A stretch of DNA of 64,000 nucleotides, taken from positions 3,296,001 through 3,360,000 of the forward strand of contig OZ244744.1 of the NCBI GenBank assembly GCA_965219455.1, in the 5' to 3' direction. The notes beneath the pieces were generated by a model. That model worked only from the letters and a program-made list of their open reading frames with translations, ran no database searches and had not been told where the DNA came from. How positions within the stretch are numbered: position 1 is the stretch's first letter; each line of letters begins with the position of its first letter. A program made the position numbers and the translations under genes. Below are positions 56,224 through 64,000 of the stretch, in pieces. Source of the DNA: Candidatus Latescibacterota bacterium (GTDB taxonomy: Bacteria; Latescibacterota; UBA2968; GCA-2709665).

Positions 56224-56676
56224 ATGCAACTTCTGAATTTTCCCCGTCAGTACGACTTCGATATTCGCGCCAGCGGCGAAAGAAGGACCATTTTTGATCC
56301 GCTTCGCCGGAAACATGTGCGACTGACGCCCGAGGAATGGGTGCGTCAGAACCTGGTACAGCACCTCGTTCAGGATCTGGGTTTTCCGGCAGGCCGAACC
56401 GCGGTCGAATCGGGTTTTGCGTATGGGGGTATACAGCACCGCGCCGACGTTATCGCCTACAACAGAAGGGGAGAACCCGTTCTCATGGCCGAATGCAAGG
56501 CGCCCGACGTGAAAATCAAACAGGACGTGTTCGATCAGATCGCCCGCTACAACACGTCTGTCGGAACGAATTATCTGGTTGTGACCAATGGCATAACGCA
56601 CTACTGCTACACCCTCGACCGAAAGGAACGCAGCTACCGATTCCTGCGCAGTCTACCACGATATGAAGATCTGTAA
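56224..56676 (+). CDS. Stand-alone HsdR N-terminal (HSDR_N_2) domain protein
   Basis: LNFP.Y, IFD..R.K.V.LTPEEWVRQ, RAD, ECKAP.V.I.Q..FDQIARYN, VTNG..HY motifs. Confidence 0.85.
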   Translation: MQLLNFPRQYDFDIRASGERRTIFDPLRRKHVRLTPEEWVRQNLVQHLVQDLGFPAGRTAVESGFAYGGIQHRADVIAYNRRGEPVLMAECKAPDVKIKQDVFDQIARYNTSVGTNYLVVTNGITHYCYTLDRKERSYRFLRSLPRYEDL

Positions 56677-56711
56677 CCATTCACGAATCTTTGCCGTAGG
56701 GGAGAATACCC

Positions 56712-57119
56712 GTGACACTCGATGAAAAGATCGACGCCTTTCTGCAGACCGGTCCCTATGCAGTCGTTGGCGCTTCAACCGACCGCTCAAAATACGGCAA
56801 CAAGGTTCTGAGATGTTATCTGCAGCACGAACTCAAAGTCTTTCCGATCAATCCGGGTTCTGCGGAAATCGAAGGTCTTAAAGCTTATCCCAATCTCGCC
56901 GCGCTGCCCGAACCGGTGGCGCGTATTTCCGTTATCACACCGCCCGAAGTTACGGAAGAGATCGTCACGCAAGCAGCGGACGCAGGTATTGGGTACATCT
57001 GGATGCAGCCCGGCGCCGAGAGCCAAAAAGCCGTTGAAGATGCTCAAGACGCCGGCATCGCGGTCGTCTCCGGCGGTCCGTGCCTGCTCGTTGTCCTGGG
57101 TTACACCGAAAAGGACTAG
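56712..57119 (+). CDS. CoA-binding protein (YccU-like)
   Basis: AVVGAS....KYG, PINP, Y..L..LP, W.QPG.ES, GPC motifs. The stop codon is contributed by the MITE end. Confidence 0.88.
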   Translation: MTLDEKIDAFLQTGPYAVVGASTDRSKYGNKVLRCYLQHELKVFPINPGSAEIEGLKAYPNLAALPEPVARISVITPPEVTEEIVTQAADAGIGYIWMQPGAESQKAVEDAQDAGIAVVSGGPCLLVVLGYTEKD

Positions 57120-57282
57120 TGTCCCGTCCCAGAAATATGTCACCATTCATCCGCCGGTTCATCACGTCTCGCTGCGTTGCCTTCACTCGCCGACCTTGCG
57201 CAGGTCGCCTCGCTCAGGCGCCTTGCGAGCCGGGCGCCTCGGCGGCCGAATTTAGGCAATCTATTTCAGGGACAGAACACTG
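57117..57282 (+). mobile_element. MITE family A, copy 4 (most complete)
   Basis: TIRs tagtgtcccgtcccagaaata / tatttcagggacagaacactg; 166 bp, non-coding. Confidence 0.78.
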
Positions 57283-57290
57283 GAAGCAAG

Positions 57291-58301
57291 ATGGAAATGC
57301 ACCGTATCCAGTTTGACGCGATGGTGGCGGAACTGAATCGCGTTCTGCTCAATATCGGCTTCACGACCGAACGTGCCGAACGCATGGCGAGAATTTTTAC
57401 CGAAACCACCCGCGACGGCGTCTATTCCCACGGCGTCAACCGCTTCCCGCCGTTTGTCAGGCACGCCCGTTCCGGCGAGGGCATGGACGTCCGCGCCGAA
57501 CCCGAAAAAGCCGGTACATTCGGTGTGCTTGAGCAGTGGGATGGAAAGCTCGGTCCCGGCATCCTCAACGCCTGTGTGAGCATGGACAGCGCCGTTGAAG
57601 TCGCGGAAGAACACGGAATGGGCTGCGTGGCCCTCAGAAACACCAACCACTGGATGCGGGCGGGAACTTACGGCCTGAGGGCCGCGGACGCGGGCTGTAT
57701 CGGCATCTGCTGGACCAATACCACGCAGCTTATTCCCCCTTTCGGTTCCGCCGACCGCAAGGTGGGCAACAATCCCCTGGTCTTCTCCATACCCCGCCCG
57801 GAAGGGCGTCATTTTCTTCTGGATATGGCGATGAGCCAGTACTCCCACGGCAAGCTCGACGTATATCGCGAAGCGAACCGGCGACTTCCGGTCCCCGGGG
57901 GGTACGACAACAGCGGAAACCTCTCATGCGACGCCGGCGCCATCCAGGCCGCCCACCGTCCGCTGCCCATCGGTCACTGGAAAGGGATCGGCCTCGCGAT
58001 GTCGCTGGATCTGGTTGCCTCGCTGCTGTCGGGCGGCCGTTCCACGTATCAGATCGCTCAGGAGGAGGCCGAATACGGCGTCTCCCAGGTCTTCATAGCC
58101 ATCCACGCCGCCGCTGTCGCCGGAGACAGGATGCGCGAATTGGTGGATCAGACGCTCGCCGACTTTCACGCCGCCGAATCTCTCGAAGGCGGCGAGCCCG
58201 TGTCGTATCCCGGCGAGCGGATGTTCCGGACCCGAGAGGAGAATCTCGAGTTGGGCATCCCGGTCGAAGCGGACTGCTGGCGGGAAATCCTGGCATTGTA
58301 G
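57291..58301 (+). CDS. yiaK: 3-dehydro-L-gulonate 2-dehydrogenase (2,3-diketo-L-gulonate reductase)
   Basis: DGVYSHGVNRFP, EQWDG..GPG, LRNTNHWMR.G.YG, ICWTN, GNNPL, DMAMSQ.S.GKL, LPIG.WKG.G, EYGVSQVFIAI. Confidence 0.88.
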   Translation: MEMHRIQFDAMVAELNRVLLNIGFTTERAERMARIFTETTRDGVYSHGVNRFPPFVRHARSGEGMDVRAEPEKAGTFGVLEQWDGKLGPGILNACVSMDSAVEVAEEHGMGCVALRNTNHWMRAGTYGLRAADAGCIGICWTNTTQLIPPFGSADRKVGNNPLVFSIPRPEGRHFLLDMAMSQYSHGKLDVYREANRRLPVPGGYDNSGNLSCDAGAIQAAHRPLPIGHWKGIGLAMSLDLVASLLSGGRSTYQIAQEEAEYGVSQVFIAIHAAAVAGDRMRELVDQTLADFHAAESLEGGEPVSYPGERMFRTREENLELGIPVEADCWREILAL

Positions 58302-58485
58302 GCGCATCGCGATATCCGGCGGTTGGCTGCGATCGCAATCCTCACGTCGCCGAATTGAGAGAAGATCGGGTTGACTGCCAGGATCACCGTATCGATCATT
58401 GTACACATCCACCTTCACGCAACGAGGACGCGTGCGCTGGCATGATGGATTGCCGGCGTCGCGGTATTAAGGAGAGGAGCGCAAA

Positions 58486-58854
58486 ATGGACGAGTTCAAA
58501 ATGAAGACCGCCGCCATGCCGGAAGATCTGCCCGCGATGCCCATCGATCCCGACTGGATCCGCGAAGGCGATCCCACGGCCCACGGCACAATCGTTTCCC
58601 AGAGCGAGGACAAGAAGGTGTCCTGCGGCTACTGGCAATGCAGCGAAGGCAAGTTCGAATGGACGTTCGGATGGGATGAATTCGCCCACGTCTTCGAGGG
58701 CAGCGTTACCATCGAAGAAGACGGAGGCGAACGTTACTCACTCGGGCCGGGCGATTCCGTCCACTTTCCGGCGGGACTCAAGACCCATTGGCACGTCATG
58801 CAGCCGGTAAGGAAATATTTCGTCATTCGCACGGCCGACGCGCTGGAACTATAG
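58486..58854 (+). CDS. Cupin_3 (DUF861/EutQ-like) protein
   Basis: WI.EG.P, G.W.C..G.F.W....DE......G.V, L.PGD...FPAG....W......RK motifs. Confidence 0.85.
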   Translation: MDEFKMKTAAMPEDLPAMPIDPDWIREGDPTAHGTIVSQSEDKKVSCGYWQCSEGKFEWTFGWDEFAHVFEGSVTIEEDGGERYSLGPGDSVHFPAGLKTHWHVMQPVRKYFVIRTADALEL

Positions 58855-58898
58855 TCTGAAAAACTTATACAGGCGATACGTCGAACAAGAGCTTGACG

Positions 58899-58976
58899 TG
58901 GTGGTGCAGACGTTTCTTCCGGCAGTATTCCGACAAGAGAACAATGAGATGGGCAGACAGGAATGTCTGCCCCACC
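58899..58976. repeat. Degenerate REP pair (REPIN-like)
   Basis: gtggtgcagacgtttcttccggc...gggcagacaggaatgtctgccccacc; same family as 17211-17236. Confidence 0.5.
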
Positions 58977-59301
58977 TTCACATAGGTTTTTCAACGGCTC
59001 GACAAGCCATTGTGCCAGTGTGGAGATGATTGATTCGCGAATAGAACACGCTGATTTGAGCTTTTTGAACGAAAGGCTTCCTTTCCGTGTCAGAAAAGAT
59101 CCGCGCGGGGATTATTCGCTGCGATATGCATGGGATGTGGTTCGGCGCGCAGATGGACGAGCACGATCCATTGCGCCTCAGAGAACCCATGCCTGTCGAA
59201 GACGATATGTCCTATACCTGGCAGCGCGGCGGAAGGCAATTTAACATTCACACTTGACAAGATGCGAGAATTTTTGGAAATCTATCGTTGGAGGTTATAT
59301 T

Positions 59302-59421
59302 ATGAACAATAAACTGGAGATGGTCGAGCGCGCGAGGGCGGGTGAGGACGCCGAGGCGGTTATTGCGGGTCACACAGAACACGGGCGAGGGCATGAACGA
59401 CGATTCTGGGGGCTTGGGTGA
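59302..59421 (+). CDS. Small ORF (39 aa) resembling the N-terminus of the downstream antitoxin; possibly frameshifted
   Basis: GGAGG RBS; MVERARAGEDAEAVIA versus WIERVKRGERPKDVIA in 59467-59673. Confidence 0.4.
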   Translation: MNNKLEMVERARAGEDAEAVIAGHTEHGRGHERRFWGLG

Positions 59422-59466
59422 GGGAATAGAGCGGTTTCTGAGTAAGGATAACGAAAGGGGGTCGTA

Positions 59467-59673
59467 ATGGGCGTTGCTGATGTCGTATTGGGGTGGATAG
59501 AACGCGTCAAGCGTGGAGAGCGTCCGAAGGACGTTATTGCGGAGCAAGAGGAAGACCCGTTTCTGGCCCGGTCTTTAGAGATTGACGAGGAGCTTCGGAC
59601 GGGAAAGAGCAGGATGCTTTCGGCTGAGGAGACGCGGCGATATTTTGAAAAGGTGAAGAGGGAAAGTCGGTGA
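59467..59673 (+). CDS. Putative antitoxin
   Basis: 68 aa with acidic C-half EIDEELRTGKSRMLSAEE; GTGA overlap with the RelE-like gene. Confidence 0.6.
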   Translation: MGVADVVLGWIERVKRGERPKDVIAEQEEDPFLARSLEIDEELRTGKSRMLSAEETRRYFEKVKRESR

Positions 59674-60005
59674 ATGAAGCACGTGGAGGATCCAGGAAAG
59701 CGCAAAACCCGCCAGAAAATACAGGGCAACGTGAACCCGTAGAGCAAGAGATTGTAATCCGGGATGTTGTTCGGGAGTTCTTGGATACTTTGCAACCAAA
59801 GGTGAGACGTTCTGCTGTTGAAAAGATCGAATCGCTTAAAGATCCGCTTAACAGGAGGGGATCGAAAAAGATACAGGGGCGTCCTGCCAATGACCCCATG
59901 TTCAGAATCGAAAAAAGGCCGTATCGGATTTTCTACAAACGGTTTTCGGGACGGATATATGTGGTAGATATGGACCATCGGCAAGGTGCGTACGACAGGA
60001 CATAG
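59670..60005 (+). CDS. RelE/ParE family toxin
   Basis: EFLDTL...VR......IESL.DP.....KKIQG....FRI....YRIFY......V....HR...Y pattern. Confidence 0.8.
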   Translation: MNEARGGSRKAQNPPENTGQREPVEQEIVIRDVVREFLDTLQPKVRRSAVEKIESLKDPLNRRGSKKIQGRPANDPMFRIEKRPYRIFYKRFSGRIYVVDMDHRQGAYDRT

Positions 60006-60160
60006 CGGGAAACGGCAAGACTTGGGGTGGATTTGATCCAGCGAGGGCCAGGCGTCACTGGGCAATTCCACGTTCCCGTCGTAAATTCCTACCGGAAAGC
60101 GGCGCGGGAATGTCAAGCGACAGTCTGACGTGTTTGGCACTTTTCGATATAGTCCCCCAT

Positions 60161-60196
60161 AAAAGACCCCCCTCCGATGTCATTCGGAGGGGGGTT
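60161..60196 (-). terminator. Intrinsic terminator between the convergent relE and CPBP genes
   Basis: Stem acccccctccga/tcggaggggggt; followed by CTTTT on the minus strand. Confidence 0.7.
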
Positions 60197-60251
60197 GTCA
60201 TTTCAGCCGTCGGCTTAGCGGATCGAAAAACGTGGCGCAACGGGCAGCGGC

Positions 60252-63200
60252 TCATCCTTCCGTCCGCTGTCGCCGCTCACGCAGACAGGCAGCCAGCAGG
60301 AAGAGCAGCGGCGCCAGGCCGAGCGCGAGCATGGCAACGCCGTGCCACTGATAAACGGATTCCGTTGTCCGTTGAATCATTGCGATTCCAGGGCCCAGGA
60401 TGAGCTTGCCGGACCATATCGCGACAAAATAGGCCATCAGGTTGAACCGGACCAGCCACGCGACCAGGAAAACCAGCACACCCAGATTCACGAGCGCCAG
60501 GCCGGCCAGAACGGCGAAGTGATAGAAACTCCTGGCCGGCGCGATCGCCTCCGAGGACAACATTACAACCGCGATTCCGGCCACAATCAGCCATGGTTGT
60601 TTCACTCCGGCTTTCCAAATCAGCAGAATCGCCAGCATGGCAAAGGGTTCGAATAACTCCAGGGCTGCGTCACCGGCGGCGTTGATGAAGGGAAGATAGG
60701 TGTTTATTCCCGGCAAGTTGAACCCATCCGCCTTTAGAAACTCCGTCAACCCGTGATATTTCACAAATATACCGACACTGCCCGTTCCTGTACGAAGCAG
60801 CAAAAATGCCGCCGCCAGAGCCAGCGTACCTGCCCAGAAGCGCGCGCCGCCTTCTCGCATCCGTAATAGCCCCAGCCACCTGCCCGCCCCCATCTCTTCG
60901 GGATAGAGAGATCCGCAAAGCGCAGCCATCAACGCTATCATGACCGCGATCGCCAGTCCCATCAGGGGTGTGCCGATCAGCAAACCGACCCCCTGAATAC
61001 CCATATAGGTCGTCATCGCCTGGCTTGTATCGTATCCGTGGAAAAAGGTCGGTAACGAATTGATCCAATTCAGTGCCATCAGCGCCACAACCGCAATGCC
61101 TGTTTTGATTGGGAGTCCCCAGGAAATCTCCTTTGCCCGGTAAAGCCGGAAGAAATAGATCCCCGCCAGTATCAGGGTTGCCAGAGCCAATAGAACCGGC
61201 ACGGTCGAGGCCAAGACCTGCCCGGCGCCCTGTTGTCGGAGCGCCCGCAGGAATGTCTCCGGCGCCTTATATTGGGTACCGAAGTATCCGACCTCGTCGC
61301 CCTGGACCCGTGCATTTAAACGGAACTCTCCATCCTCCACCTTCCGGTCAATCCGCTCCCACACAAAATGGTGGTCTTTCCTTTCCTTTTCTTTTTCCGA
61401 ACGCGCTTCCAGAAGCTTGAATCGGGTTGTGTCCGTTACCGACCCGTGAAAGTGTTCCTCAATAAACGCTTCCGCCCGGCTCCTTGCCGGGTCCGTCTCC
61501 AATTCGGGTCCGGCGCGCGTCTCCGGAATGATGTGGTTAATACCCGCAACCCGCCCGGCCGCGTCCACGCGGACCTGGATCTCCTCCTTCTCCATCGGCT
61601 TGAACCAGCGCACGTGCCAATACCACGGTGTGGTGTTTTCCGCCATCAGGGTGTCCGCGCGTCCGACACCGGCGTTCCGGATCAGGTGTGTATAATGGGA
61701 GGAACCGACCCCACTGCGAAACTGCACCGACCTGCGGTAATCCGACACATTCAGTCCCAACTCCTTGCAGAAGGCCTCCGCGACACCCACCGCCTGGCTC
61801 CGGGTCACTTCGAGCTTCAACGTACGGGAGCCGAACCGCTCCACGCGGAATCCGATCATCAACGTGAGACCCGCCAGGGCGCAAAGGCCGCCGACAAGCC
61901 ACCGCTTTCGATCCGGCAAATAGGCATCGGGGTCCTTTTCGATCGCGGCCGTACGGACGGGCCCGGTCGCCGGTTCCCCGGTTTCGACCCGTTCTTCAGG
62001 CGCCTCCTCATCGACTCCGTCGTCGACTTCCCTTGGCCGGGACCTCCCGGTCAGAATCGCGAGCGCCGAGGGGATCGCCGGCAGCAACAAAATACCGATG
62101 ACGAGTACACCGGAAACCTGGAAGTAGAGACTGGAAGATTTCACCATCGGCAACGCGACTATAAATGCATTAATTGCATAATGGGCGATGATGGAAGCCC
62201 ATATCCCGAAACGCAAAAACACAATGCCGAAGACGATTCCGATGACGGTTATTTCAATGCCGCGTATATATATGGGCTCATGGGGATAGTTGGAATGCAA
62301 AAACGCCCACACCACCGCCGGCAACAACACGGCCAGCCACCGCCGTTTCAACCATCGGATCAGCAGAGTAATCGCCAGCAGACGGAAGAAAAACTCCTCC
62401 AGCGCCGCGGCGGACAATCCCACCAGCAACGGGTAAATCCAGGGGATGGCCGTGCTGAAAGCATTGTCGTACTCGCTGACGTCCGCCGGCACCCAGACAT
62501 CGAAATACCGCCCACCCAGTAGATAGAACAGAGCGACGTATCCCAGCACGGCCCCGGCGACGCCATAACCCACGACAGTGGACCGAAGGAATCCGGCTGA
62601 AAACAACCCTCTAAGCGACAGGCGTCCGAGCGGGCTCATGCGTCCCTCGAACAGCACGTCGCGTCCGAGAGCCCCGCCCGCCGTCCCGGCCAGGCAGACG
62701 ATTCCGCCGTAGAGCGCCGCGACCAGAACAGCACTGAACAAAGCAGTCACCAGAAAGGCGCCGTAGGAGACCGTTGTATCGAAACTATACAGGGCAAGAG
62801 GCAGGGCGTTCACGTTCGCCGCAAGCCAGGCGATGGCTACGAGTGTTCCCACCACCAGGCCGGCCTGCCAGCGCAACGCCCTGCGGCGATAGGACTTGAC
62901 CAGAATCACCAGCATGGCGACGCCCAACGCGAGCCAGAACGGCAAAAAAACCTGCGTCAGCAGATTCGCCCGCGAACGCACCTCCCGGTAGTTCCGGGAG
63001 AAGCTGTCCGGTACTTTCAGGTACTCGCTGAACCGCCCCACACGGTTCCCATGGACCACGACGTCCAGCCGGTAATGCCCGTCGTCGCCCACCGTGAAGT
63101 CCTTCTTTCGGTAGGCGAACCGGTGATCGACCCGGGCCTTGCGTTCCGTGCTGGACCGGTCGATCAACTCGTAGGCGTCCAGGTCGTACCCCTGGGTATC

Positions 63201-63665
63201 CCGCAGGAAATCAGATGCAATCGCCAGCGCCGCGTCCTGTGCAATGCTTGTGCCTTCGTCCGATTCCAGGATGCGGTGTGAATATCCGACAATTCGCCCT
63301 CCCGGATCCAGCCCCACCCGAAGTTCCTCCTTCTGCAGCGGCTTGAACCACCGCACGCTCCAGGACCAGATCGACAACCACTGCCTCGCAAGCCGGTTGG
63401 TCTCCTCCAGGCCCAGCGTCTGCTCCAGGAAAATCTGCTGCATCTGGCTGCTGGAGAAAATCTGGGCGCTCTCATAGTCCGCAAGATCGTATCCGAGGTC
63501 CTCCAGATAGGCCTGTGCCTTTCGGAGTACCTCCTCGCGGCTCAACTTGAAGTCCAGCGACGCGGACGGAATCGCCTGGGTGTAGAAATTCAGAAATACC
63601 GCCAGCCCGCCCACACCCAGTACCAGGAAAACCAACAGCCACATCGCATCACGACGGTCCATCAT
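60252..63665 (-). CDS. Large CPBP (CAAX/Abi) intramembrane metalloprotease with internally duplicated extracytoplasmic domain
   Basis: EEFFFR, WAFLH and HYAIN CPBP motifs. Repeat W.VRWFKP..KEE..V..D..GR..G..H.I.E occurs twice. Confidence 0.82.
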   Translation of the reverse strand: MMDRRDAMWLLVFLVLGVGGLAVFLNFYTQAIPSASLDFKLSREEVLRKAQAYLEDLGYDLADYESAQIFSSSQMQQIFLEQTLGLEETNRLARQWLSIWSWSVRWFKPLQKEELRVGLDPGGRIVGYSHRILESDEGTSIAQDAALAIASDFLRDTQGYDLDAYELIDRSSTERKARVDHRFAYRKKDFTVGDDGHYRLDVVVHGNRVGRFSEYLKVPDSFSRNYREVRSRANLLTQVFLPFWLALGVAMLVILVKSYRRRALRWQAGLVVGTLVAIAWLAANVNALPLALYSFDTTVSYGAFLVTALFSAVLVAALYGGIVCLAGTAGGALGRDVLFEGRMSPLGRLSLRGLFSAGFLRSTVVGYGVAGAVLGYVALFYLLGGRYFDVWVPADVSEYDNAFSTAIPWIYPLLVGLSAAALEEFFFRLLAITLLIRWLKRRWLAVLLPAVVWAFLHSNYPHEPIYIRGIEITVIGIVFGIVFLRFGIWASIIAHYAINAFIVALPMVKSSSLYFQVSGVLVIGILLLPAIPSALAILTGRSRPREVDDGVDEEAPEERVETGEPATGPVRTAAIEKDPDAYLPDRKRWLVGGLCALAGLTLMIGFRVERFGSRTLKLEVTRSQAVGVAEAFCKELGLNVSDYRRSVQFRSGVGSSHYTHLIRNAGVGRADTLMAENTTPWYWHVRWFKPMEKEEIQVRVDAAGRVAGINHIIPETRAGPELETDPARSRAEAFIEEHFHGSVTDTTRFKLLEARSEKEKERKDHHFVWERIDRKVEDGEFRLNARVQGDEVGYFGTQYKAPETFLRALRQQGAGQVLASTVPVLLALATLILAGIYFFRLYRAKEISWGLPIKTGIAVVALMALNWINSLPTFFHGYDTSQAMTTYMGIQGVGLLIGTPLMGLAIAVMIALMAALCGSLYPEEMGAGRWLGLLRMREGGARFWAGTLALAAAFLLLRTGTGSVGIFVKYHGLTEFLKADGFNLPGINTYLPFINAAGDAALELFEPFAMLAILLIWKAGVKQPWLIVAGIAVVMLSSEAIAPARSFYHFAVLAGLALVNLGVLVFLVAWLVRFNLMAYFVAIWSGKLILGPGIAMIQRTTESVYQWHGVAMLALGLAPLLFLLAACLRERRQRTEG

Positions 63666-63936
63666 CCACTCCTCTCAATCAGGCCTGTCCAGGTCCGGGA
63701 ATTATCACCCGTAATGTAAAGAGACGGGAACGGCGGGCACAAGAAAAAACCCGGGTGACCGGTGCTTCCGAATCGGTTGCCATCGACTTTCTTTCGTTCT
63801 ATCTTGAGGTCGCGGGGAATCCCCGGATTGTAACGGAAGAACGGATCCGATTGATTCATGTTGTAGAGGAACCTGCGGACGTCTGTCTGCGGGGAATGTC
63901 GGACCCGCCGAACGTGGGCTTCAAAGGAGAGTGGCA

Positions 63937-64000
63937 TTGACGACGCATACCGCACTTCCCGAAACCATGCCGGCTGTCGTCTGCCACGGACCCGAAGACT
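63937..64000 (+). CDS. 5' end of a zinc-binding (MDR) alcohol/polyol dehydrogenase, runs off the window
   Basis: AAGGAG RBS; translates MTTHTALPETMPAVVCHGPED, a typical MDR N-terminus. Confidence 0.6.
   Translation, partial: MTTHTALPETMPAVVCHGPED

Noticed and set aside
56224-56676. Type I restriction-modification system
   Set aside because: Only a stand-alone HSDR_N domain; no helicase, hsdM or hsdS nearby.
60252-63665. Abortive-infection defence gene
   Set aside because: The 'Abi' label of the CPBP family is historical; nothing here indicates phage defence.

Overview
GC-rich bacterial chromosome segment. A C-terminal dockerin/EF-hand tail, a GWxTD-TPR protein, a PorV/PorQ barrel and a DUF6785-type membrane protein suggest an FCB-group candidate phylum such as Ca. 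Latescibacterota; this is inference only. Positions ~0.3-44 kb form an almost uninterrupted minus-strand catabolic island. It contains BNR/sialidase-like, GH42-like (x2), five-bladed propeller (x2), DUF4838, PL2-like and PL11-like proteins, Fe/2OG PhyH-family enzymes (x3), Gfo/Idh/MocA oxidoreductases (x2), an amidohydrolase, a PHP protein and a metallophosphoesterase. At its centre is a SusD-less outer-membrane cassette (small beta-barrel, TonB-dependent receptor, CTD-tailed secreted protein, PorV/PorQ) next to a FadR/GntR regulator. Positions ~48.7-58.9 kb are a plus-strand cluster: PLP D-amino-acid lyase-like enzyme, 2-hydroxyacid dehydrogenase, RidA, SDR, 2-oxoacid dehydrogenase E1a/E1b/E2, YiaK and a cupin. 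Five toxin-antitoxin modules are scattered through the window, two with disabled toxins. Intergenic DNA carries two MITE families, self-nesting ~23-nt hairpin repeats and two divergent copies of a pseudoknot-containing structured element. Most notable are the TBDT-CTD-PorV cassette, a PhyH enzyme with the halogenase-type HxG motif beside a canonical HxD paralog, and the candidate structured RNA. I saw no rRNA, tRNA or CRISPR array. All family calls come from motif recognition by eye, not from database searches.
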